Shown here: in pieces, positions 35,069 to 43,800 of the stretch | How positions within the stretch are numbered: the first letter of the stretch is position 1 | How the letters are laid out: the number at the start of each line of letters is the position of its first letter | IMG/VR virus record: IMGVR_UViG_3300045988_047070 | DNA: 64,000 nt | Origin: a virus | Strand: one strand, 5' to 3' | The notes under the pieces: model-generated | What the model saw: only the letters and a program-made list of their open reading frames with translations | What the model was told of the DNA's origin: nothing | Databases searched by the model: none | Translations under genes and position numbers: made by a program

Positions 35069-36388
35069 ATGTTAGATATTCAAGAGTTAGAATCAAAGTT
35101 AACAGATTTAAAATATTCAGTAAAAAATGGTAAGATTAGTGGTAATGCAAAAGGATATGATGACTTAGAACATCCACTTCTGCAGATGATGCAACAGTTT
35201 GTTGAAAACGGTAAACAAACTGAGTGGGAAAAAATGTTCAAACAAGCATCTGAAAAGATGTTGAATGATGAAGGGTCTGAGTCTAACGGTAGCATCGGAG
35301 ACAATCTTACTACTAAAACAAAGCCAAAAGATCTAGAGGTTGGTGATGAGTTTTTTGGTAGTATTACTACTACTATTAAAGACGAAAAAGGTAAAAATAA
35401 ACGTATAAAACCGATAGATTTTTGGAAAGTCATAGAGAAAGATACCAGTTTTGGAACTAAATACACTCTTACAAACAATAAAGGAGAGAAGTTCAAAACA
35501 TCTGCTTCTGGGATTACTATGCGTAAAGCTAGTGAGTTTCAGGATAAACTTCGTAAAGAACTTGAAAAACTTAAACAGAAGTTAGAGGAAGAAAAGAAAC
35601 GTTTAGCTGAAGAAGCTAAATATGTTGATATATCCAAAATGGAACCAGAGGAACAATTGAAGAAGATTATTGAAGCTGGTATGCGAAACATTTGGATGGT
35701 AGGTCCTGCAGGATGTGGTAAATCTACTATGGCTCGCAATGTTGCAAATGAACTTAATATTCCGTATTTATGTATTTCTTGTGGTATTGGTACTTCTGCT
35801 ACGGAATTCGTAGGGTATAAGTATCCTACTCGAGAATCTACTAAGTTTGCAGAATATTATGCTAAGCCATCTGTTATCTTGATTGATGAGATGACTGCAT
35901 TAGACCCCGCAGTAGGTCAAGTATTAAATGCTGCTCTTGCTAACGGTGAGATTGAGACTACTACTGGTTTAGTATGTCGTCACCCCGAGTGTATCATCAT
36001 TGCTACTTCTAATACGTTTGGCAATGGTGCGAGTCGACAGTATGTGGCTAATAATCAATTAGACGCATCTACTATTGACCGATTCACCGGTGGCATTATA
36101 GAAGTTAACTATTCTGTAGATTACGAAAGTCAGTATGATACTGATGTAGTAAACTACGTATGGAAACTTCGTGAGATAATCAAAGAGTGTAATCTACGCC
36201 GAGTTGCATCTACGCGTATGATTCAGTCTGGACACCTTATGAAGAAGGCTTATTTTAAGAATTGGAAAGAAATGTTGATTACTAACTGGACTGATTCTGA
36301 GAAAGAAATGGTCAATAAAGAGTTAGATTTTTCAACTCGTTTTCTACAAACATCTGAAACTAAATCCGAAATTAAAAAGGCAGCGTGA
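35069..36388 (+). CDS. AAA_5 (MoxR/CobS/NorQ-like) ATPase ending in KKAA
   Basis: Walker A GPAGCGKST, Walker B ILIDEM, IIATSNT and STIDRF. Confidence 0.75.
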   Translation: MLDIQELESKLTDLKYSVKNGKISGNAKGYDDLEHPLLQMMQQFVENGKQTEWEKMFKQASEKMLNDEGSESNGSIGDNLTTKTKPKDLEVGDEFFGSITTTIKDEKGKNKRIKPIDFWKVIEKDTSFGTKYTLTNNKGEKFKTSASGITMRKASEFQDKLRKELEKLKQKLEEEKKRLAEEAKYVDISKMEPEEQLKKIIEAGMRNIWMVGPAGCGKSTMARNVANELNIPYLCISCGIGTSATEFVGYKYPTRESTKFAEYYAKPSVILIDEMTALDPAVGQVLNAALANGEIETTTGLVCRHPECIIIATSNTFGNGASRQYVANNQLDASTIDRFTGGIIEVNYSVDYESQYDTDVVNYVWKLREIIKECNLRRVASTRMIQSGHLMKKAYFKNWKEMLITNWTDSEKEMVNKELDFSTRFLQTSETKSEIKKAA

Positions 36389-36389
36389 C

Positions 36390-37199
36390 ATGGGTAAAAA
36401 GCTGGAGACACATTTTGATAATCTCGATAAATTTTACACTGAGTGTGAAGTTCAAGAAGATACAGGTAGTCCTGATAAATATAAGGAGATTTCTAGAGTA
36501 GATGATCCTGAATGGGTAGGACTAACTAAAGAAGAGATTCAGAAGTCTAAATACTTTTATAAAGAAGGTTTAGATAAACTTGAGAAGTTAGATGAAAATC
36601 TTATATTTGGAGGATCAAAAACTAACTACAAGTATGATGAAAATGATGGAGACGATATGAATTACGATAGATTTATCGAAGGATTACCGTCTCTTAGGAA
36701 AAGACAAAGAACTGGAGGAGATAAAAACGGAAAATTTATTAAACTACATGTAGGAATATGCGAAAGTTGTATAGTATCTGCAAAAGATATGCTTTATAAG
36801 TCATATACTGCTTTAAAACTTGCAGATTATTTAGAATCTCAAGGTTATCGTGTGCAGATTTCAACATTTGCTGAAGTAGAATCGTTAGGTTATTACAAAG
36901 AAGAGCATATTGAGTATCTATTAGTAGAAGTAGTATTTAAGCGATTTGAAGACCCCTTAATATTACCTACTATGCTTACATGTGTATCTCCTTGGTTTTT
37001 TAGATATCATATGTTCAGATTTTGGACTGCCAAATTTAAATGTGGTTGGGGGCTAGGTCATGTTCCTAGACAAACTAGGAAAAGTACTAAATCTGACATT
37101 TATATCTCTTCAGGAGAGTGCCTGTGCGAAGAAGGCGCTAAAGAAAAAATTGAAGAAATTAAAAAACTTTTTGACACTGATCATGGGGATGAGGAATAG
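36390..37199 (+). CDS. hypothetical partner of the AAA_5 ATPase
   Basis: 269-aa ORF starting 2 nt after the ATPase stop. Confidence 0.55.
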   Translation: MGKKLETHFDNLDKFYTECEVQEDTGSPDKYKEISRVDDPEWVGLTKEEIQKSKYFYKEGLDKLEKLDENLIFGGSKTNYKYDENDGDDMNYDRFIEGLPSLRKRQRTGGDKNGKFIKLHVGICESCIVSAKDMLYKSYTALKLADYLESQGYRVQISTFAEVESLGYYKEEHIEYLLVEVVFKRFEDPLILPTMLTCVSPWFFRYHMFRFWTAKFKCGWGLGHVPRQTRKSTKSDIYISSGECLCEEGAKEKIEEIKKLFDTDHGDEE

Positions 37200-37279
37200 G
37201 TATTATCGCACGTAAGTGGATGTACTGTCTGGTAAAGAAATACAAAGTCTGAAAAGGACGACAGAATACCTAGATTGGA

Positions 37280-37325
37280 GCTAGTTAATATATACTAGCA
37301 TGGGGGTTCGAATCCCCCTCTCACA
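37280..37325 (+). ncRNA. tRNA 3'-half-like element (arm plus T arm; no 5' acceptor strand found)
   Basis: GCTAGT-TAATATAT-ACTAGC, then GGGGG-TTCGAAT-CCCCC-TCTCACA. Confidence 0.3.
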
Positions 37326-37330
37326 CAAAA

Positions 37331-37424
37331 AGAGAGTAAGCACATAATCCTAGTAGAGGATAAGCAGATGTGTGAATAGCCCGGTATTTTTTACCTAAGG
37401 AGAGGTGCAAGTCCTCTACTCTCA
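37331..37424 (+). ncRNA. tRNA-like element with an expanded D region and a U5-loop arm
   Basis: AGAGAGT/ACTCTCA acceptor (A1/A72 mismatch, C73). Inserted hairpin ATCCT-AGTAG-AGGAT. GGTA-TTTTT-TACC arm. T arm AGAGG-TGCAAGT-CCTCT. Confidence 0.4.
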
Positions 37425-37440
37425 CTAAAATTGCTATATT

Positions 37441-38403
37441 ATGTACGACTCTAAGAGAATTAAAAAAGAGGATCCTATTACTTTAGATTACATTCTATCT
37501 AGAGTAACAGAGTATGATATATATGCACGTTATATAGGGCAATTTAAAATAGGTTATATCTATAATAGTCCATTTAGAGAAGATAAAAATCCTTCATTTG
37601 GGATATTTAGAAGTAGGAAAACAGGTAAACTGTTATTTAAAGATCACGGTAATGGTATTTGCGGTGATGTAATTAGATTTGTGCAAGAATATACTGGCAT
37701 AACTAATTATAATGAACTACTAAAGCAGATTGTGAAAGATCTGAATATAAAAAACAACACTGTTTTAAAGAGTACTAAAGCGTATGAAAAGTCTGAAGAA
37801 ACCGTAATTGGAGTAGTAAGACAAGAATTCACTAATGTTGATAAAGAATTTTGGCAACAGTTTGGTATTACTCTAGATACATTAAAGAGATATAATGTAA
37901 GTAGTATTAAATACTATTTATGTGACGGAATCGTAAAAGGTATTTATAAAGATGAAAGTCCGATGTATGCATATAAGGTTTATGATAAATTTAAAATTTA
38001 TAGGCCTTTAGCAGATAAATACACTAAATGGCGTAATAATCTTACTGAGTACGACATTCAAGGATTAGAACAACTTCCTGAAAAGGGAGAATTATTGATT
38101 ATAACTAAATCTCTCAAAGACGTAATGTGTTTAAGAGAAATGGGTTATGATGCAATATCTCCGTCATCAGAAAGTACATTTATTCCAGTTAATATCTTAG
38201 ACATATTAAAGAAGCGTTTTAAGCGTATATTAGTATGTTTTGATAGAGATCCTGCAGGAGTCAAAAATATGCGTAAGATAAGCAAGAAAACAGGCTTAAA
38301 TGGATTTTTAGTACATAAGAAATTCCAAAGTAAAGATATTAGTGATGCCGTTAAGAATAACGGCTTTGAAGTTATTAAAAACTGGTTAAATAAAACACTA
38401 TGA
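37441..38403 (+). CDS. DNA primase (Toprim domain)
   Basis: SPFREDKNPSFGIF N-terminal motif. Toprim signatures LLIITKSLKD and VCFDRDPAG. Confidence 0.75.
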   Translation: MYDSKRIKKEDPITLDYILSRVTEYDIYARYIGQFKIGYIYNSPFREDKNPSFGIFRSRKTGKLLFKDHGNGICGDVIRFVQEYTGITNYNELLKQIVKDLNIKNNTVLKSTKAYEKSEETVIGVVRQEFTNVDKEFWQQFGITLDTLKRYNVSSIKYYLCDGIVKGIYKDESPMYAYKVYDKFKIYRPLADKYTKWRNNLTEYDIQGLEQLPEKGELLIITKSLKDVMCLREMGYDAISPSSESTFIPVNILDILKKRFKRILVCFDRDPAGVKNMRKISKKTGLNGFLVHKKFQSKDISDAVKNNGFEVIKNWLNKTL

Positions 38404-38684
38404 AAATATTAAAAAAGATTTGGAAAGGTATTCGATTCGGTATTGGTATATTATTTACTATTCCGTTTCTTATTAGCCTTTTTTGTATGTATTTGTTTGG
38501 TATTACTGTGGCTATTTTTGACTATTCGATCATTAACAAAATTGCTGAAAAATTCAGCATAGTTAATGACAAAGTTGAAAATAAACGGAATACACAAATA
38601 TTAGTAACTAAAAAAGAGTTAGAAGACTTAATTGCAGAACTTGAGAACCTAAAAAAGGAGGCACTTGATGATCGAGCTGCTTAG
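38400..38684 (+). CDS. small membrane protein ending in DRAA
   Basis: 94 aa with TM segments. Confidence 0.5.
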   Translation: MKILKKIWKGIRFGIGILFTIPFLISLFCMYLFGITVAIFDYSIINKIAEKFSIVNDKVENKRNTQILVTKKELEDLIAELENLKKEALDDRAA

Positions 38685-38856
38685 TACTACAATTACTGTT
38701 AATTTAGTGGCTTTAATATCCTTTATTGTTTTATGTTGTACTATTAGCAACATACTCAATCTTCTTTCGTTTAAGAAGTTGTTAAAACAAATTTTAGATG
38801 AAAAAGAAAAAGAGTCTAAACAAGAAAGTGATAAATGCGACTCCAACGGTCTTTGA
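38668..38856 (+). CDS. small membrane protein
   Basis: MIELLSTTITVNLVALISFIVLCCTI... Confidence 0.4.
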   Translation: MIELLSTTITVNLVALISFIVLCCTISNILNLLSFKKLLKQILDEKEKESKQESDKCDSNGL

Positions 38857-39202
38857 TAATATTAAATTTCGAAGTAAGTTAGAAGTATATACATATAAAG
38901 CACTAAAAGAAAATAAACTGAAAGCTGAGTATGAACCTATAAAATTTGAATTAGTTCCCAGCTTTCAGTTTAAAGACAAAAAGATACGTCCTATGACATA
39001 TACTCCAGATTTTGTAGGTAATAACTTTATAATTGAAGCAAAAGGTAGACCTAATGATGTCTTTCCTTATAAGTGGAAATTATTTCAGTACAACCTAGTT
39101 AAATCAGGTTTAGATGAACAGTATCATTTATTTATTGTTCATAATCATAAGGAAGTAGATGAATGTATTAAACAAATAAAACAGTTAACTGATGGAAAAT
39201 AA
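38798..39202 (+). CDS. PD-(D/E)XK nuclease (DUF1064/resolvase-like)
   Basis: FRSKLEVYTYKAL...YTPDF...IIEAKG. Confidence 0.6.
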   Translation: MKKKKSLNKKVINATPTVFDNIKFRSKLEVYTYKALKENKLKAEYEPIKFELVPSFQFKDKKIRPMTYTPDFVGNNFIIEAKGRPNDVFPYKWKLFQYNLVKSGLDEQYHLFIVHNHKEVDECIKQIKQLTDGK

Positions 39203-39284
39203 AAACGTATTAGAAGAATATGATCTGATTGTTGATCTAGGTCCAGTAAAGGACGAGGAAGAATCAGAAAATGTAGAAGAATAA
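39192..39284 (+). CDS. 30-aa acidic peptide
   Basis: Hand translation: MENKNVLEEYDLIVDLGPVKDEEESENVEE. Confidence 0.25.
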   Translation: MENKNVLEEYDLIVDLGPVKDEEESENVEE

Positions 39285-39285
39285 T

Positions 39286-40305
39286 ATGGATTTAAGTATA
39301 CCTTACTATGATGACAATTCTCGTATATCTAATAGTAATTTAGGGCAATTCTTAAAGAAAGGTCCAAAATATTTAAAAGATATGCTAGAAGGAAACGCTG
39401 AAGGTCTTAAAGCTAGTTATTTAGATAAAGGAACAATGATACACATGTATATTCTTCAACCTGAAGAATTTTGGGCACATTATCGAATACTAGATTTTGA
39501 AACTCCAAGTAGTAAACAACAACAATTATTTGCTGATAAACTAGTTGGTACTGTAGAAATTGATCCAGATTTAGCCCTTATAAAGGCTTATTCTGATGCC
39601 TATAGTACAAAAGGTAAGAGTGAAGAAAAAATACTCTTAGAAGCCAAGGAAATGGCTAAAAAGCTAGAAAACTACATAGAGTATCTTAAGACTGAACGGC
39701 AAACTGAGTTGAAATCTATTTCATTTGCTGATCTGAATATGCTAAAAACTATTAAGCAGAACATTCAGAACCACAAGAAAGCAAATGAATTATTATATAA
39801 ACAACCGCAAACTTGCGAACAAAACAACGAGTTCCACATAAATTGGGAATTTCCAAAAGCTTACGAAAACTATCATTTATCTTGTAAGTCTTTGTTAGAC
39901 AGGCTAATGATAGATCACACTCTAAAGAAGATTACATTAGTAGATTTAAAAACTACTGCTGATGTATGGAATTTTGAACATTCTATTGAAGAGTATGATT
40001 ATAGAAGACAATTAGCTTACTATTGGTTAGCAATTCATTGGTACTTTAAGTACGAACTGAATATAGATATAGATGAATATACAAAAGAAACCTATATCAT
40101 TGCTATCCAAAGTAATAATGGATATGAAGTTAGAGTTATTAACTTTACTCCAGAATGTATAGAAGAAAGACTTACAATAATATCAGAAACTATCAGAAGA
40201 ATATGCTGGCATAAACAAAACGATTTATGGGACCACTCTAGAGAGTATTACGATGGAGATGGATCAGAAGTGTATGATGGAAATGATAGTATCTCTGTTC
40301 TTTAA
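39286..40305 (+). CDS. PD-(D/E)XK exonuclease (RecB/Cas4-like fold without a Cys cluster)
   Basis: GTMIHMY...DRLMID...LVDLKTT...YRRQLAYY. Confidence 0.7.
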   Translation: MDLSIPYYDDNSRISNSNLGQFLKKGPKYLKDMLEGNAEGLKASYLDKGTMIHMYILQPEEFWAHYRILDFETPSSKQQQLFADKLVGTVEIDPDLALIKAYSDAYSTKGKSEEKILLEAKEMAKKLENYIEYLKTERQTELKSISFADLNMLKTIKQNIQNHKKANELLYKQPQTCEQNNEFHINWEFPKAYENYHLSCKSLLDRLMIDHTLKKITLVDLKTTADVWNFEHSIEEYDYRRQLAYYWLAIHWYFKYELNIDIDEYTKETYIIAIQSNNGYEVRVINFTPECIEERLTIISETIRRICWHKQNDLWDHSREYYDGDGSEVYDGNDSISVL

Positions 40306-40759
40306 TAAATGTTATTCTAATATTGTATTAAAGAAGTTATCTACCTATTTTATAAAAGAAAACCTGCACATAAGTTATGCAGGTTTATCATATACTGAAT
40401 ATATAAATTTGTGTAAATTATATAAACAGCATAATTTATATTTAGGTCACTATAGATATAAAGGAGATATAGATTATCATACCATCTTCATATTTAAAAT
40501 AAATCCGAAGCATGATAGACTAATATATACAATAAAGAATAGATATTATCATCTATTACCTCTTAAAGTAAAAGAGCACATTACTCAGTTTACTAATAAG
40601 AATGTATTTATTAGTTCAAGTGCTAGAATAAATGATAGTATTATGAAAGATGAAGTAACGTTAACAGTGAGAGAAGAACTATTTATAATGCAAATGGCTG
40701 AGCAACAAGACGTTCAAGAGCCAACATTGCTTGAAGATACAGATTGCCTTGGATTTTAG
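40253..40759 (+). CDS. hypothetical protein (start uncertain)
   Basis: 168-aa ORF. Its 5' end overlaps the upstream gene. Confidence 0.4.
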   Translation: MEMDQKCMMEMIVSLFFNKCYSNIVLKKLSTYFIKENLHISYAGLSYTEYINLCKLYKQHNLYLGHYRYKGDIDYHTIFIFKINPKHDRLIYTIKNRYYHLLPLKVKEHITQFTNKNVFISSSARINDSIMKDEVTLTVREELFIMQMAEQQDVQEPTLLEDTDCLGF

Positions 40760-40780
40760 TATCCAAAACTTAATTGTTTG

Positions 40781-40818
40781 AAAAAAGAAAGGGGTCGTTG
40801 TGAAACGATCCCTTTTTT
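40781..40818. terminator. bidirectional intrinsic terminator between convergent blocks
   Basis: A-run, GGGGTCGTT-GTGA-AACGATCCC, then TTTTTT. Confidence 0.8.
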
Positions 40819-40820
40819 GT

Positions 40821-43800
40821 TTATCCAATACGATTTATCATATCATTTAGCTTCTCTCGTGGATTCTTCATATTATAGTAGGCATTAAGTATTGGAATAA
40901 CTTTAATAAAGTCTCTTTGCCATCCCTTTAATCCTTTATAAGCACCTCTTTCAATTTCTTCATATTTTCTACTACTCAAATAAGATAACGGATTAATAAC
41001 CCTATTAACATCTACAAATGTTTGAATCAATGGAGTAATAGAATTAAGAATATCGAATACATCCATTGCATTGTATCTAGAACCAGATTCTAATGAAATC
41101 TTCTTTAATTCTAATCGTAAGAATTGAGTAAACCAATAATCATCATCGTCTGCACCCATTCCAAATAGGTTAAATATAGTTAACCAGAAGAAATATGTGA
41201 ATATTTGAGCATTAAATCTCCTAATATGTAAATCTATTTGTTTTTTTACATCTACATCAGGATATTGTTCTTGTAACTCTTTTAACTTTTCATCATTTCT
41301 TCCTGTAAGTACTCTCAATAGCTTAATAAGATTTCTATCAGAACCATATTTCCATCCGTAGAAATATGCTGATGCTGTTCCCATCGATAACTCTTTTGTC
41401 TGGTAATTCCAGTACATTGGAGATATTGTATTTTCTATATTTTTTGGAATAAAAGCACGGAACATAAGTATAGTACTAAGGGCTGGTAATAAATGAACAC
41501 CACTTTTATCTGCTTCCTCAACCATACCTTCTGCATGACTAGATATAGACCCTAACTTAGCAGTTATTTCTTCTTCTAACTCAGCAGTAACATATGGTGC
41601 ATACTTGGGTTTTACTCTAAACCCATCTTTCATTTCATATGCGTTCCATAAATTATCTTTAGCGTTTCTATATATAGCCTTACGCTCTTCTATAGACTTA
41701 TTAAGAAAATGGTTATCTAGAAAATCGTTCTCAGAAATAAAATGTAATTGCCCATCTTCTAATCGAATTAACTTATAGTTTAAATAAACTGAAACAGTAA
41801 ATGCACTATTAGGTAAAAATGACATTAATTTAAAAGCAGAGTATGGTTCTGCAGCTCTAGTAATCATTCTACCTATTCTCCATCTATTAGTATTAGATAA
41901 ATCTTCCTCCTGATTAAAAGTAAGACCATTATATTCTAATGCACCTATCAATTTATTATTAGCTTGATTCTTACCAAATTGACTAGCAACTTTCAAGCTA
42001 ATTAATTCTTTTGTTAAAATACTATTTGCAATAGTGAAATCATGCATATTATAATGCTTACGAACAAAAGCATCATTAGCATAAAAACTCCATGCAGCAA
42101 CTCCACCAGATATTGCAGAACGTAAGTTCCAAGACAAACCAATATCTCTACCCCATCTTGAAAAATGCTCAAATACTTTATCTAAAGAAATCTTATAACC
42201 TTTTAATGTTACTTCAGGTAATATATCTCGTCTACCATAAATATGATAACCTATGTAAGTATGAACTGCATCTGCTAATTTGCTGCTTGCAGCAGGCTTA
42301 GTAAAACCTTTTTGTCTAATAGAACCAGCATTAGTAATTAAACTGTCTAATAGATTTAATTGAGGGGCCACTTTCTTTTTATTCTCATAATTACAAGCCA
42401 TTCTGTAATATTTAGTAATAGCTCCAATTAAATCATTAGTACCAGAAGCAGGATCAGTAAGCATAGTAGTATACATAGTAGGCATAATATTTATTTCTGT
42501 ACCATTAGGCCTAGTTTCTACTTTTACTCCATGTATTTCATCATCTGGTTGAATACCAAATGCATTTATCATATAATTTCTTGTTCCTGTAATAAGCCCT
42601 CTATTACCCCAATAATTAAATATATTACCATTAATTTGTGGTAGCTTATAGTTATTTTTATAATTAGAGTGAGTAATTTTATCATTAGCTTCATTCATAA
42701 CATCTAGAATAACATTTCTAAGATTAACTAAAGCAGGATCTCTCATTACAGCATTGTAAGCTTTTCTATTATCGTATTCTTTAATAGATAATTTAGGTTG
42801 TTCTGTCTCTGGTATACTGTTATCATAGTTTTTATTATAGAACTTAGATTCTTCAGATGTCTCAGCCCAATTGCTATTTGGTACTCTATGCATGTACTGT
42901 TGACGTACTGGTATTACTTTGGTCATATAAGAAGCATAGTGTTTTACTCCTTTATCGTCTACCCATATATCGTCAGGTGATACAGCACTTTTACCTCCAT
43001 TTTCTTTTGCTATATCACTAAGTTCAGATTTAAATAGTCTAACACTGCTAGCAGTTTTTTTAGTACGCTTCCTAACATTATACATTGCTATATCAAGCTC
43101 TTTAATTTTATCCTTAACAGCTTGAGGCATTCTAGTATAATCTGGTTCAAATTTATCAGTTCTATATAATCTTAATAGATTGTATCTAGCTTGATATAAC
43201 CTATCATATATTTCACCATAATCTTTTTTATTTTGCCTAGATACTTTTTCTTTAAATTCATCTGTAAGTTCCCATCTAGTATTACGCTCTAACCAAGCAC
43301 TATACAATGTATTGCTTCCATCTGGAGTATATCCTTCCATGTTTTTCATTCTTTCCATTTCTTCTAGGAAAGCATCCATATCCACTTTAGATTCTAAACC
43401 TTCTTGTAGTTTAGCATATGCTTCTGTAAGTTCAGCAGCTATCTGTGCTTCTACACTACCTTCTGGTTTTAATTCTCCAGTAATAGGATCATAAGGATTT
43501 GCAAGATTCCGTTTCTTCTCTAATAACCTAATATATTTTTGATATTCATCTATTGGCATTCTTTCGAATCTAGGTTTATTAGTATTACTATCTCTGTATG
43601 GTTTTAATATATTATCTATCTCTAGGTTTACTTCAGATAGAGCCATATTAGCTTCCATACTTAGATTAGTAAAGATAGCATAAAACTCTGGTGTGTATTT
43701 TCTTTCACAATTCTCAGACTTCCAATCATTATAATCTTTTTGATATTGTATCCATAGAGAAGGATTAAGTTTAAGCTCATCAATACTGGCTAATTTATGA

